Source: Felis catus
Taxonomy: Eukaryota
DNA length: 64,000 nucleotides
Assembly (NCBI RefSeq): GCF_018350175.1
Contig: NC_058368.1
Location: forward strand, 146,880,001 to 146,944,000
Reading direction: 5' to 3'
This document shows positions 1 to 13,412 of the stretch, one piece after another. Both the position numbers and the translations under genes were made by a program. Numbering within the stretch: the first letter of the stretch is position 1; each line of letters opens with the position of its first letter. The notes beneath the pieces are model-generated. The model did not search any database, was not told the origin of the DNA, and saw only the letters and a program-made list of their open reading frames with translations.

Positions 1-2699
1 ATTTAGTTTTTGTTAAATATGGGTTAACTGGTCTATAGCGAGATGTAACTGGAAGTTTGTATTTGAGAGATGAAAATACACATATTAGTTACAGCCTTGG
101 CCAGAAATGAGCTTGCATGGAGAATGTATACAGCATCATCTCTGATACTAAGGTAAGCAAACAATGGTGTGTGTGGATTTAGGTAACTTAATGAGAAGGG
201 GGGATATTAAGGTAATTCCTGCATCATTGCTGCTTCTGTTTGCTCTTAGAAGAAAGGTGAGGTTAGTTTCAAAACTCCTAGTGACAATTCCTTTTTAGAA
301 GTGTCAAAAGTAGCCCCGTTTCTTTTTCAAATCTTACTGTGTTTTTTTTTGCCCCCGTAAACCTGATTTCCCTACTGTTGATGTAGATTTTGGAAGGAAC
401 TTTCTAGAAAACATACTTTTTCCATGCTCCTGGACTATACTCCATGCTCCTGTGCAGATAGGTCATGAGTAAAGTGATGACCATGGGAAAAACTGCACAT
501 GTTCCTTTCCTACCTTTTGCATGGGTGCCAATTCATCAACAAACTAAAGAACTTTTACATATATCCAAGTGCATTCTACATATAAACTATGTTAAGCATT
601 GTCACATATAATATTTACGTGATCTGAATGATAATCCCGAAAGAAGAAAGGGAAGACATTCTTACTATTAATCAGACTCTAAAAGCATCTCCTATTTATA
701 AAGCATCTTATAATATGCAAAATGTTTTCATACAGTCTTCTTATTCCAGCTTCAAACAAATTACCATGGTATCAGGACAATTTGCAAGAGATATAAGTGT
801 GAGTAGTTAGTATTCACAAAAGTTGTTCAAGGTCACTTATGACCAAATAAGTACAAATTAAAATTACCAGAAAACATTTTCACTTGTCAAATAATTGAGG
901 AAATGATATACTCCGTTTTGTCAAGGGCATGTGTTGGTAAAAAGGGTACTATTATAGGCTGATGGTGAAGTTATCATTTGTTATACCCTTTCTGAATGAT
1001 TATTTTGGCACTAGGAATTCACTCAAGGTAAATGGGAGATATAAACAAAGGTTTCTGTGTAAATGAATTCATTACAGAGCTATTTATAATACACAATATG
1101 AGAGACCACATTTATTTGGGTAAATGTAATTAGAGGTAGCCATTTTGGACCATGGGGAAATCTTGCCAATTGAGACCTTACAAAGGGAAACAAAAGTTGG
1201 AAGAAGCCTGGGAGCAGAGTGGCCCTAATCATCCACACTGCCCTTCCTTAGAGTTGTATATGAGAAAAATAAAATGCTTGTGTAAGGTACTATTCTTTTG
1301 GGATTCATTTGTTACAGCCCAAACTAATTTTGACTGATGTAACCATACTTGCTGGCTTATGCATATATTAATGCATGTATTTAATATTTAAAAATATGTT
1401 TTAGAAAACCTCAATCCCTTTATTGTAAGCACAGATTGGTTACTAGGGAAAAGGTAGGAATGAATCTACATAGTAATCACCGACTCATTAGCCAATAGAA
1501 ATTGAAAATCTGAAGTTCTTTTCACAAGTATAGAAATATACTTCTCTGATTAAACTGCTTAGGTAATACCCTTTATGCTTCTTCTAGGACTTGATGATCC
1601 TGAGATTTCTTTTAGCTTTATGAGTCTACAGTTGATTTAGCAGCCACATTTATTATTTGAAGAAAGCAGGAAAGCTGGTGTTAAATGTTCCTCAAAGTAG
1701 TATTGAGGTTTTAATTGTTACAGGACATATGGAGGAAAGAGACCCTGAGCAGCTCACTTCCAAGCCTGAAAATTTTTCAGTGAATATTTCAAAACACAAT
1801 AGTGTGCCTGTTCAATTAGGAAGCTGTTGGTGTTTATTTGCTTTCACTGCACAGAACTTTGGCTACTCAAGTCATTGTAGCCCTTCCAAATTAATAAAGA
1901 GAAAACTTTTTGTTCACTGGTGAATATTCTATTAATTTTCACTTATGCAAAATCAATGCTACAAAAACTATGGAACACTTTTGATTATGGATTCATATCT
2001 TGGGATGTAATTTTGAGGGCACCATTACAGTTAATGAACTCTGCCAAGTTCAATTCAGTATACTGAGCTATAGGAAATTCTCAAATTTTTTTCTCTTTGT
2101 GAATAGTGAAGGCAGCAAACTTTTTGACTACTGAAACAGCTTTCCTTAAAAAATAAGGTGTTTCTCTTCCTCAGATGCCTTCTCAGAAGACTTTTTCTAA
2201 TCCTTTTTTTCAGCCGACAACCCTCATACTTCTTAATTTTTCTATAGCATCTTACTTTATGTAACATTTTCTCCTTTCTCCCCGTCTCTTGCCTTTAGAC
2301 TTCCCTTTTTTCCTCTCAGTGAGAGATGAAAATGTTAGTACTACTATAGATAAGGCTCATGGGAAATGGTGGCTTTATTTGGGCCTCTGAGTGGGACTAA
2401 AATACTCCCTTGAACGAATTAGCCCACCTGGATCCTGGCATAGATGACTCTGCAGGGCCATCTGGAAGTGCACATAGTGGAGAGCAGAGAATGGTTGTGT
2501 GTTCTGAGGACACGGGGCTCCAAAGGAGAGCTCTGCCCTCCTGGAATCCGTGCCCATGCCCCCCGGCCCTTGTTTTGTTCTATTGCTGCTCAATGTTCGG
2601 TTCCTTATCCCCCTGTATGTGTCTTGTCCACCTAATATTTTTTTTCTTCATTGCTGCCTCTTCTTCCTTAACTTGTTATCCTGAAGCTTGGCTATTCCT

Positions 2700-3580
2700 G
2701 GGGTTCATTCTTCTTCCTTCTACTCATCCCTTTTGGGGTCTCCTTTTACAGTTGTGGCTTCGCTTATTTATAAAGGTACTAAATTTATTTCTCCAGTTAT
2801 GGTTTCAGAACTCCTCATTGGACATCAGTACTAAAACTCGTTTTTAAAACCAAACCCATTCTTTTTCCCCCTACACAAACTATCCCTTTGATGTCACATT
2901 TTTGCTACTGTATCACACTTCTCTAGTCACCCAGACGCAGAAAGTCTGATAGCCTTTCCTCTAATCAGGCATTCCTTTGCTGTATCTCCTGAATCCATCC
3001 TTTCCTTTCCATTCCCACTGATACCACACTGGCTCCATCCGCTTCGAGATCACTTGCACCGAATTTGAAAGGCCACACAAAGATTAGCTTATGCTCAAAG
3101 CGTTTTTAGCCTCTCCCTGGTCCAGCTCACCCTGCATACATCAATCTTCTTTAAGGTTAATCTCCCTTGCCTTTGGGACTAAATCCCTTTATACTGCATC
3201 TGAGGGCTCACACAATTTACCCTTTATATACCTTTGGAGCTAATCTACTTTTCTCACACAAAGCTTCAATTCCAATCCAATTCCTTTAACATTGTTTTTC
3301 CTCCATGTCTTTGCTCACTCTGTTCTCCCTACAAAGAGATTTTCAACACATTTCTCTATCAAAATCCTACCTTTTCTTAAAGGTCCAAGTTAAAATTTCA
3401 CCCTTTCATGAGACTCTCTCAACATGAAATTATATATGCTGCCTTTTCAACTCAGTGATATTTTTATGACAATTTTGATTGTCAGTTTTATGATGCTTTG
3501 TTACTATATCTCTTTAATATCTTTTATCTCTAATTTTAGATTGTAAACTACTTGAGGGCAAGGTGTTTATTTGTATTTTC
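2700..3580 (+). mobile_element. L2 LINE 3' region, ancient and decayed
   Basis: Pyrimidine-rich stretch with L2 3'-end hallmarks: 'ttccattcccactgataccacact', 'cctaccttttcttaaaggtccaagttaaaatttcacc', 'agattgtaaactacttgagggcaagg'. Confidence 0.65.
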
Positions 3581-5689
3581 CACTGTTAATAGTAAGGAAC
3601 AACATACCAGTTTACTGATTGCTATCTGGAGATGATATCATCTATTATAAAAACTTTTCACCTCCCTTCTCTCCACGAATGGTGACTAATCTGAAAGTTA
3701 TTCAAAAAGGCTACCTACAGAATAGGGATTGGATTTTTCTTGGTGATATATGTACTTAGTTTTTTTCTTCACTCAAATGCCAATGTAGGTTTTGATCTAT
3801 CATTATTTGATTCCATTCTTGGGGTTTTTAGAGTTCCATGCCTCTAGTTATTGTTGGTAAGTAATATCATCATGCACAAAGAAGTCAGTCTTTGGAAATT
3901 AACAAAACCAATTTCCTCATTGTATAGCCACATGCAACATTGCCAGATTTAAACTGAGCACTCAGGGCTCTCCTATAAGAAGGTTTCTCTGTGACAATCC
4001 ATAAAGCTTGAAGAAATTTCCAAGGCTAAAAGTAACACATGGTCAAGTTGGGGGCCAAGAAAACTAATGGAAAGACTTTTCCCAGAAAGATTGTGTGGTG
4101 TCTTTGTCCTGGGAAGTGATCCCCCTTCCTCCTCCAGGGTGTGTGTTGACAATTAGGCTAACAGCAGGTTCCTCTCCAGCTTTTGGAAATAAGGTTGGTA
4201 GTGGGCAGTAAGTAAACCAGTACAATCAAAGCAACTGCCTAATAAAAAAGCCACACTACTTTAGTTTCAGCACGAAATCAAAAAAGTTTAATACGTGGAA
4301 TTCATGCTCTAAAAAGCAGCTCACATAATTTGTAGTACTTACTCTCCCGCAAAAACAAACAAACAAACAACAACAACAACCAAAAAAAAAAAAAAAAAGT
4401 AGGAGAGCTTGACCAGAAAATGATCCAGTGGGTGTGAGAGAGAGCTCTTTTTCTCCTCAAATGTGAAATAATTTTGACTTTTTTGTATATTGAAAGGAGC
4501 ATTGAGTTAGAGCCACTCTGGAGTTGTAAAGGTCTATAGAATCCTCTCTTTAAAATAATTTTTATTGATTCATCTATAAGCAGAAATATTAGAATCCAAT
4601 TTTCTGTAAACTGCTTTCATCAGATATTCTTTAAAATGTGTCATGAATATTTCCCATAGCTTCTTCTTTGTGTTCTGTTTTCTGCACAAACTGTACTACT
4701 AAGCATGCACTTGGTATAATTTCCCACCTCTGAATCTCTGTTCTCATTATATTTTCATCAGAAATCCCAAAGAATTGCAGTATATAAGCACCCTATCTTA
4801 AGTTAGTTACTATATAACTAACCATACTCTTCTTGTAGGAGACAAATAAGGATTTAAGTTCACCCATAAATTATATCACACACAGTTGTCTGGCTACCTG
4901 ATAAACATCATCTTATAAGTAGCAGAGGGAGGACCCCGAAAGGGTTTAAGTAGTGTGTACACAAACCACCCTTGCAGTTGTAATGGTGACCTTAGAAAAA
5001 AAATATCACTGTCTCTAATTTTTGGGTTTTAAGATATATGCTGAAAGAGCAAGAACATACAGTTTTTAACATCTAGGTCTCACTTTCAGGACTGCATCCA
5101 GAATTTTTATAACACACCAAATTTGCAATGATTTCTATGGCTGTTTATGGCCTCTGTGTCAGCCAGTTCAGGTGGAGGTTAAAGTTGACTGTGGGGCAAT
5201 TTTCTGGTTTTTGGCAGTGTGTGACTTTTAATATTGGTTGCAATCTGTACTTTGCTAAGGTTTTCAGACTTTGTTTTTGAAGCAAGAAGTTTGTTTGAAG
5301 GTTCTAGCTTTAATCATGTTTAGCATGCTTAGAAATTAAAGAAACAACATCTGATTAGATGCTTACGGGAGACTACTGAGCAAAAGGCACATATCTAGCT
5401 TTCAAAGAAATGGGTAAAACGCCTGGATACAATTAGCTTATCTATGTAAGTAAGGTTTTTAAAAAATAATTGCCAAAAGTCATTATGTCCACTACTTTGC
5501 TGAAGTTACCTTGTGAATTTGTCATAGTGGTTCTGTAAAATAGGAATGGGTAGGCCATGTTATAGACTTGTACAATTTTTAAATTGCATTTGTCTTTTTC
5601 TTTCTGGAATTACGCCTCCATGTAATTTTGATGGTACAGAAGGTAATTGTGCCTTCATTTCTATGTAACATAGATCAAATCTGCCATTT

Positions 5690-6020
5690 TAAAAAACTAA
5701 TCTCAGTAGCCAAAATTATTGTCCCAAGGGTGAAAACCGACCCCCAAAAAAGTCATCCAGAATCCATGTTGGAGATTCATGGGGTTCGTGGGGAGAGACA
5801 CCTTGCCATTTTATCTGGGTTTTCTAGTATTGGGGATATCTGTATACTTGGAATGATAAGGGCCCATTTTTGCTGCTCCATGGGAAGAATTTTCCTATAA
5901 ATGAAGCCAACCCAAAAGAAAGCAGAGCCAATAAATCATGCTAGCCAATGCATTTTTTTTTTGTTTTTAGTTAAGCCACCTTAAGTAGGGTTTTTGACAT
6001 GAACAATCAAAAGAATTCTA
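5690..6020 (+). mobile_element. MaLR solo LTR fragment (old MLT1, MLT1J/K-like)
   Basis: Ends in 'gccaataaat...ttaagccaccttaagtagggtttttgacatgaacaatcaaaagaattctaa', resembling the MLT1J/K 3' terminus. Also contains 'gaagccaacccaaaagaaagcagagcc'. Confidence 0.6.
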
Positions 6021-7359
6021 AGATTCCTTTCCATTTTATATAGAAGAGTTTACCTGACTTCCCCCCAAATACACAGCTTATTGGTGGCAGGCCCAGGTTT
6101 TAATCCAAATCTCTGATTCCAGAACCACAGTCCTATAATGACACTGAGAATAGCTTGGGGAATTTCGCACCAGTCAGTTACTTAAGATATCAAGATGGCC
6201 ACAGGCTCTGACTCCAATTGAACTAACCATTTTCTTCCCAAGAGGTTTTTGTGTGCCCTAAAATGATAAGGGGAATAGTTTTTGAAGGATGGATGTAGCC
6301 CAGAAGATTCAGGCACATAGCTTCTGTTTTTGTTGAGACGATTTTGAAGAATAGTTGTTTATCTTAACCTTGGCAAGTGAAAATGTTCTGTAGAAATTTT
6401 TTTTTCACCTCTATCAGTGTTGACTTGAACTGGTTACAAATGGTGGTTTATTGTGGTGCACATAGTCAATATAACCTAGTATTTATCAATGGGAGCTGCT
6501 GCAAAAATCCCTGGATTTGATCACCATCCTGTCCTGAGACGAATCTTCCTCATATGCTTTTCCATAAGCTGAAGAGAGGCTGTTCTCTCTAGCCCTCACT
6601 GTGTTTTGATGACCTAGTTAGTAAGAGGTCTCTGCTTGGACGGCATGGATAACTATACTGTGGGTAAGCTACTTTTTAGATGTCTGAGACATTTAGTGAA
6701 ATATTAAAGTCTGGTAAATATTCATGGACCACTGAGTATATCCTTTGGTTGAGATAAAAACAAGTATAGGAATTGTTGTCAAATAAGATTTCAAAACTTG
6801 TTCTAGAATTTCCTCAAATTAACATGTTTGAAAAAAGTTTCAGTATTAAGATAGATGGCACACTTCTTAGGTGTAGGAAAAGTGCCTTCACTTCTTCCTG
6901 AAATTTAAATTTCTTAACAATAATTTATGGGGATAAGGTCGCAGGTATTCAATAATTTAAGTATCTCAGACTTAGATGTTCAGGTCTCACAGATGTTCAA
7001 GTTTTTGTTTCATTTTTGGGACCCTTTTGTTTACTCCAAAACAGAAAGAAAACTTTCAGTACACTGTTTCCAAAAGTTAGGATACAAATACTCAATATTT
7101 GTCAGAGTGCACATTTTAAACTCTGTTTACCCAGGTTCCAGGACCAAGGCTGAGTTAAATATCATATCAAATTATTTTAAAATATATTTGTACTGCTTGC
7201 TATCCCCTTACATAAAGTTGGAGGGGGGAAAAAAAGAACTGACTCCAAGTTTGTTGCTAGAAAATCTAGTGTTTGGGGTTTACAATAAATAAGCAGACAT
7301 TGCTACTTGAGGCCTAATTTTTGAAGTCTTTAAAAATAAAAGTCTAGTATAAAATGCAA

Positions 7360-8530
7360 ATTGGGAAGTTAAGCACAGTGAGTTGAATAGGCAGTAGCCT
7401 CTGCTCTCTCCTGAAAATTCAATAAAATGACAGTACAGGTATTTTTAAAGATGATAGATACCTAAGGACAAAGAGAAGAGGAAGATGGAAGAATTAAAAC
7501 TGACTTAGCAGATCCCAGAATGCTGAATCCTAATTACACAGGGGAGAAGGCAAAGAAGCCAACTGATTTATACCATAAGACCTGCAAAGGGCTCCAGAAT
7601 TGCTGATGCTGTAAAGTGCTGAAAGTGGAGACAAAAGTGGGTTGAAAACAAGAATTTTGGTTGAAAGTCTTTCCAGAAAGCAAGTCACCCAGTTTGCTCC
7701 TCTCCTCTGCTCAATCGGCCACTGCTTTCCTCCGATGCTGGCAGGTTTGTCCTCTCTAGAAGGTCTCTGTCCTGCACAGACAGAGAAGCAGGGGAATGAA
7801 GTAAAGATTGATATATCTATGTTGACTCTCCCAGCTTGCCTGTTAGGATTATATCCACAAGCAAGAATTGAAGAAACTGTCTCTGAGGAATGATTGATCC
7901 TCTAAGTAAAGATGCTGACTACCTCCAGTGGATTAATTTAGGCAGACAACCCTAAAAAGAATACACATTCAACAACCATCTCTGTCCACCACAGGTAGAC
8001 TTTCTAATCAACAGTTTTTTGGCTGAGTCATAAGTGGGAGCAGACTGTAGAGGATCACCGGGCATTTGAAAAAGCCTCCAATGTGAAAAGCATACACCAA
8101 AAATAAAGAAACAAAGAAATAAAGTAATTTGGAGGGAAGAGTTTCTGTTGTATAGAAAACACAAAATGATCATAGTATAGTGAATAGTCCACCATGGCTG
8201 AAAATGAACATTGATTTAATAAAAATTATGTTTTGTTATCTTAATAGGAAATGGGAAATATGAATGCATGGGCGGGAGCCTCATCTTCACAGTGGGAAGT
8301 CAATAGTGTCTAAAACTCAAAGGTCAAGAAGAAGCAATTAAAATAAATTACTCAGAAAAATAAAAATTAATAAAAAATTTTTAAAGGATTCAGAAGTGGT
8401 TGCCTCTAGAAATCAGGAAGCAGTGGCATATGGGAGGTCAGAGGCATGCTGTTTTTTTAAAAAACAAGAGCTATTAATTCTGAACTGTGTTCATATATAA
8501 CTTTCACAAAAATAAAAATTGAAATAAATA
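7360..8530 (+). mobile_element. HAL1-like (half-L1) element, internally deleted
   Basis: 5' part 'actgacttagcagatcccagaatgctgaatcctaa' and 'ttggttgaaagtct', and 3' part 'cctcatcttcacagtgggaagtcaatag...agaagtggttgcctctag...aaaataaaaatt', match recalled HAL1 ends. Confidence 0.6.
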
Positions 8531-8643
8531 CACGGCATAAAAATTTTTCAAAAGATACATAGGTATCTGGAATACAATTTTTACAGATCTGTTTACCATT
8601 CTATGTAAACACAACTCAATGATAATGTGTTGTCATTATTAAC

Positions 8644-8675
<32 letters not shown>

Positions 8676-9230
8676 ACAGAAATATTCATGTTTCTTTTTT
8701 CTAATGAGAATAAAGCTGCACTTAACATCCCTACTCATATAACTTTATTCTTAAATTTTTGTATGTGTGTATATGTATGCATACATACTCACATACTTAT
8801 GTATATATCCAAATAACTGGCTTGTGATTTAGAAGTGAGGGTCTCCAGAAGGGAAAACAACAGAGAAACTTCCAAAATTGCACTAAAGCCCCTTCTGGCA
8901 CACATAAAGAATGAATGTTCAATTCTTATCCATGTGTTAAGACCCAGTTCGAATGCCACTTCTCCAAGTCTTCCCTGACCCATCCATCTGAAAACAGTCA
9001 ACTGTATGTGCCTTTACCTTTTGACATTTGTCACAAGCGATTCTCTTTCTGTTTTTGCCTCTATTCTTCTGTTGCCATTGATAACTCCCTAGCTTTACTT
9101 CTCACAAATTCAAACTCTTGGTGAGACTGCTTAATATTTCTTTAGTTCCAAACCTGAAACCAGCTTGAGTCAGGTACTCCTCTTTGTGGCCAGGGCTTAG
9201 GGAGGGTTTGGTTGAATGAGGTGCTGCCTT

Positions 9231-9468
9231 CTTCTTTCTTCTTCTTTTTCTTTCTTTTTCACTTACTTATTTTGAGAGAGGGAGAGCATGCATGCACATG
9301 CACTCATGCACACACAAGCAGGGTAGGAGCAGAGAGAGAGGGAGAAAGAGAGAATCCCAAGCGAGTTTCAAGCCCAAAGCAGAGCCTCACGTGGGGCTCA
9401 ATCTCATGACTTTGACATCTTTACTTCACCCGAAACCAAGAGTCAGATGCTTAACTGTCAGACACCCC
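9231..9468 (-). mobile_element. Can-SINE (SINEC, older subfamily)
   Basis: T-rich tail, (GA)n linker and tRNA-derived head in reverse ('gtggggctcaatctcatgac...ccaagagtcagatgcttaact'). Degenerate TSD tgaggtg..cttctt. Confidence 0.9.
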
Positions 9469-10230
9469 ATGAGGTGTCTCTTCTTAAGACATCTGACTGT
9501 ATGAAGGAGAAAGGGTATTTCCAGAAGGTACTGGACAGATGCCTCAAATATTTTCTACACCAATGTTTATTATTACTTCTTTGGGTAAGAGGATGAGTAA
9601 TTATTGGTAAAATCGTGTTGAGTCAAAACTGTTAAAGTGAGAAGGGAAAGCTGTCTTGAGGTTTGTTAAAGAAACTGGCCCTTCTCTCCTGGCCCAATTC
9701 TGTTCTATTCATTGATTAATTTATTCTGTTACTAGATTTGATATTGTACAACATTTTTAACAATTTTTATCATATATAGATATGGTAGTCAAAACAATAA
9801 CTTGATGAACTATTAACTCTCTTTACTGATAACATTTATCCAGCAATGCAGTTTTCAGATGCATGTTCTCAAGTGTTTAATTCTTCTTAATTTCTATAGA
9901 AATTCCAGTAAAAGGTTAAGATGAATCATTATGGACAAATTAGATTAAACCAGAATCTGATCAATAGAAAAATGAATGTGACTATAGGAAACAGAAAATA
10001 TTTGGGCAGTTGACCAGTTGACCAGTTTGATGTAGCAATAAAATTGTCCAACACAACTCAATGATTCAGGTACTGTCTTTGAGGATTCTGTAGCTGAGCA
10101 ATTATGTACGGCAACAGGGATTTTAGAAAATCTAGGTGAGGTTTAGATTATGAATATCCACTCATAAATATCAATTCATTTAGGGGTAATGACCTCACTA
10201 AGAAATGATTCACGTGAATAACCATATTCT

Positions 10231-10297
10231 TTTTAAATATTTTTTAAGCTTATTTATTTTGAGAGTATGCGTGTGTGCGCGCGTGCGTGCGTGCGCG

Positions 10298-10351
<54 letters not shown>

Positions 10352-10498
10352 CAAGCGAGGGACACAGAGAGAAGGAGAGAGACCATCCCAAGCTGAGCAC
10401 AGAGCCCAACACGGGGTTGGAACCCAGGAACCATGAAATCATGATCTGAACTGAGATCAAGAGCCTGATGCTTAACTGACTGAGCCACTCAGGCACCC
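10231..10498 (-). mobile_element. Can-SINE with internal (GT/GC/CA)n microsatellite
   Basis: Reverse SINE head 'atcaagagcctgatgcttaactgactgagccactcaggcaccc'. TSD aaccatattct (10220-10230) / aaccgtattct (10499-10509). Confidence 0.95.
10265..10349. repeat. 85-nt uninterrupted alternating purine-pyrimidine microsatellite, (GT)/(GC)7/(CA)n
   Basis: Read directly from the sequence. Confidence 0.97.
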
Positions 10499-11199
10499 AA
10501 CCGTATTCTGATTTGTTGGCATTACATGATTCAGTTTTTCACACTGAAAATACATTGTCCTTTGTCTAAACACATATCTGTTCATTTATCCTTAGTCTGG
10601 AGCAGGAGAAAAAAAAGCATTTTTCTATGAAGAAATTTTTATTCTTTGGGAAAAGTTGTATTTTTATGCTTGATTCTTTTGTAATTAATGGATTAATTTT
10701 GTGTTCCTCTTTCTTTTGCACAAACGGGTATCTTCTTGCTTGTGTATTCCAAGTACATATTCCTCATTTAAAATACAAAACCTAATCACCCTATTTCCCT
10801 TGCTTTGGGAGCCTTGCTCTCCCAGCTAACCATTCATCATTGGCCTTTAAATTGCTGTAGGCAAGCAGAAAAGGATTTCCTTCTTTATATTTTCTTAGTA
10901 TAATTTCACAGAAAAGAAAATTAATAGAAGTGTAAAAGACTCCCTGAGAACTTCTGCGGCCACTGCAATTTAGAAATGTTATTGAATTGGTACAAAAGTA
11001 TGAAATAAAAGAAACAAAAATATTAGGCTAAAGAAATCTGCAGTTTTGCTTTTTAAAATATCTGTAACAAGGTTCAGGCTGACCACTGTAGACTTTTTAA
11101 GCCTGCTGCTCTGCAAAGACTGATGCCGCCTCACTCACTGTCTCATCAGCCCAAATGTTAGACGATGACCATGACAGAGGCAGACACACCCAGTCTCAT

Positions 11200-11560
11200 T
11201 CTGAATGAAACACAGGTAAATCACAACTGTAATGAAATACTGTTTCCAGCTACCAGACTGGCAGAGATGAAAAGGTTTGCTAATACACTTGGAGAGTAAG
11301 TGAGCTTTCTGCCCTCCAACCCTATTGGGAATGTGGGTTGATATGACCTCCACAGAGGACAATTTGGCATATTTACCAAAATTAAAAGTGCTCATGCTCT
11401 TGGCCTAGAATTCTACTTCTAAAAACTTACCCTTTAGAAAATATATCCATATGTACAAAGATACTCATTGTGACTTTTATTTTTGAAAATAAAATGATAA
11501 GCCAGGGAATACTTTAAATAGGGGAAAGTCTGTACCATATACAAGAGGTATTATTAAGTG
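11200..11560 (+). mobile_element. Old L1 (L1ME-like) 3' fragment
   Basis: 'accagactggcagagatgaaaagg...gaggacaatttggcatatttaccaaaatt...gaattctacttctaaaaacttaccc' is typical of the L1ME ORF2 end / 3'UTR. Confidence 0.65.
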
Positions 11561-11672
11561 CAGAGTATTGTGTGCAGGCAGAACAGTACCATTTTGGTTT
11601 TTCTCCCTTTTTTCTTTGTTTTCAAAGACTTAGACAATAATTCAGAAAGGTAGCATAAGAAGCTGAATACGT

Positions 11673-11864
11673 GGGGTGCCTGGGTAGCTCATTTGGTTAA
11701 GTGTCTGACTTTGGCTTAGGTCATGATCTCCTGGTTTCTGAGTTCGAACCCCGTGTTGGGCTCTGTGCTGACAGCTCGGATCCTGGAGCCTGCTTCAGAT
11801 TCTGTGTGTCCCTCTTTCTCTGCCTCTTCCCCACTCACGCTCTGTCTCTCTCAGAAATAAACAT
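11673..11864 (+). mobile_element. Can-SINE (SINEC_Fc-like)
   Basis: 'ggggtgcctgggtagctcatttggttaagtgtctgactttggcttaggtcatgatctc...aaataaacatt'. TSD taagaagctga at 11656-11666 and 11865-11875. Confidence 0.95.
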
Positions 11865-12109
11865 TAAGAAGCTGAGTTTAGGATTTGCCTTGGGAAGGGA
11901 GGTTTGAGGGGACCTTTGCTATTGTGAAAAATTTCACCATGTCAAACACAACATTTTCTGCTGAGTTAAGAAAAAAATGGCAAGTCCGGTTTCATAAGCT
12001 CATATTCCTACTGGTCGCTGCAGCTCGAACCTGTCATGGACCCCTAAACGTTAACAGCAGGCTCCAGAGAGAAAAGTAGGAAACAGATGGAACAAATCCT
12101 GTGACAGGA

Positions 12110-12330
12110 GTAACAATAGGAATCGTGATACTACTTCGCGTCCTTTGAATACTGACAATGTGCCTGGTATTGTAAGCATTTTACGTGGATTAACCTACTT
12201 AACTCTTACATCTATCCTAGAAAGTATATATTGTCATCTTCCTTATTTCTCAGAGGAGGTAGACCCGAGAGACAGAAAGGTTGAGGAACCCGCCCAAGAT
12301 CACCTAATTATGAAATGCCCACGATTTCAA
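12110..12330 (-). mobile_element. MIR SINE
   Basis: 'aatgtgcctggtattgtaagcattttacgtggattaacctacttaactcttaca...gagagacagaaaggttgaggaacccgcccaagatcac' is the reverse MIR core. Confidence 0.75.
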
Positions 12331-12539
12331 GGACTGCCCTCAGCAACGTGGAGAGCTCCCTGCACTTAGAATCAGCACTATTTTGCCCTTTATGTTCAAC
12401 TGGATTCCCAGTCCAATAAAAAGGTATTTTTCTCCGTGTGCTCATCCTCAAAAAAGGAGACCTGTTTTAGTTCACTATTTGAATTTGCAAATATTTGCAG
12501 AGACTGTGTGGGCACTATTAAAACTATTTAGTTCCCTTG

Positions 12540-12950
12540 GAAATTGAAAGGCTAAACAGACAAAGAAATGAGTGGAAGATAGGCCAGGCAAATGCCAAGA
12601 GAAAGATAGTGGGTAGTCAATATTAATATCAGAAAACACTATAGGAAAGTCATAATTTGGAAGAAAGATTTTTAAAAATATTCACAAAATATTAAATAAC
12701 CACAGTAAAATATCATAACCATGAACGTTGAGTCATTAAATATATGAAATATATAAAACCAAAGGTAGTAAAAATTCAAGAAGTAGACAAAACCAGTCTT
12801 AGTGGCAGAATTTAACACACATTTCCATCTGTCGTTGTCACATCAAATGATGATATAAATACTAAAGAAATGAAAAAAGAATTAAAATAAGCTTAGTGAA
12901 GTAAATGGTTTACAACTCTGCATCTCAAAATTTGCATATGCATTTATTAA
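12540..12950 (+). mobile_element. Old L1M ORF2 endonuclease-region fragment
   Basis: A-rich; 'ggaagataggccaggcaaatgccaagagaaag...aatattaatatcaga' and 'agtggcagaatttaacacac' resemble decayed L1 EN coding sequence. Confidence 0.5.
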
Positions 12951-13019
12951 AATTTTTAATGATATGGGATTTTGATGCTACTGTAAGATGGTAGGATGTC
13001 TTTCACTATACAGTTTCTT

Positions 13020-13229
13020 TTCTTTTTTTTAATGTTTATTTATTTTTGAGAGAGAAACAGAGTGGGGAGGGGCAGAGAGAGAGGGAGACACAGAATCTGA
13101 AGCAGGCTCCAGGCTCTGAGCTGTCAGCACAGAGCCTGACGTGGGGTTTGAACTTGTGAACTATGAGATCATGACCTGAGCCAAAGTCAGAAGCTTAACC
13201 GACTGACCCCCCCCCCCCGGGGGGGCCCT
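13020..13229 (-). mobile_element. Can-SINE (SINEC_Fc-like) with its 5' head altered to C12G7
   Basis: 'aatgtttatttatttttgagagag...cagaatctgaagcaggctccaggctctgagctgtcagcacagagcc'. Degenerate TSD c.ctatac..tttctt. Confidence 0.93.
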
Positions 13230-13267
13230 CCCTATACCATTTCTTGATGATAGTATAGGTTATTTTA

Positions 13268-13307
13268 TTTATTTATTTATTTTTTGTTTTTTTTTAAGTT
13301 TTATTTT

Positions 13308-13338
<31 letters not shown>

Positions 13339-13412
13339 TTTTTATATATATGAAATTTATTGACAAATTGGTTTCCATACAACACCCAGTGCTCATCCCA
13401 AAAGGTGCCCTC
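13268..13412 (-). mobile_element. Extremely 5'-truncated young felid L1 (about 60-nt 3' end plus long A-rich tail)
   Basis: 'tgaaatttattgacaaattggtttccatacaacacccagtgctcatcccaaaaggtgccctc' is the reverse cat L1 3' terminus. Perfect 16-nt TSD agtataggttatttta at 13252-13267 and 13413-13428. Confidence 0.9.

Noticed and set aside
421..452. 12-nt direct repeat tccatgctcctg (period 20)
   Set aside because: Only two copies, consistent with a small local duplication and with no evidence of function.
2410..2847. 145-aa hydrophobic ORF resembling a membrane protein
   Set aside because: It has a TTG start, and the hydrophobicity comes from T/C-rich DNA running into an L2 remnant. No family resemblance.
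5212..5235. TGGCAGTGT, identical to the 5' end of miR-34/449
   Set aside because: The remainder does not match the mature miRNA and I see no convincing hairpin.
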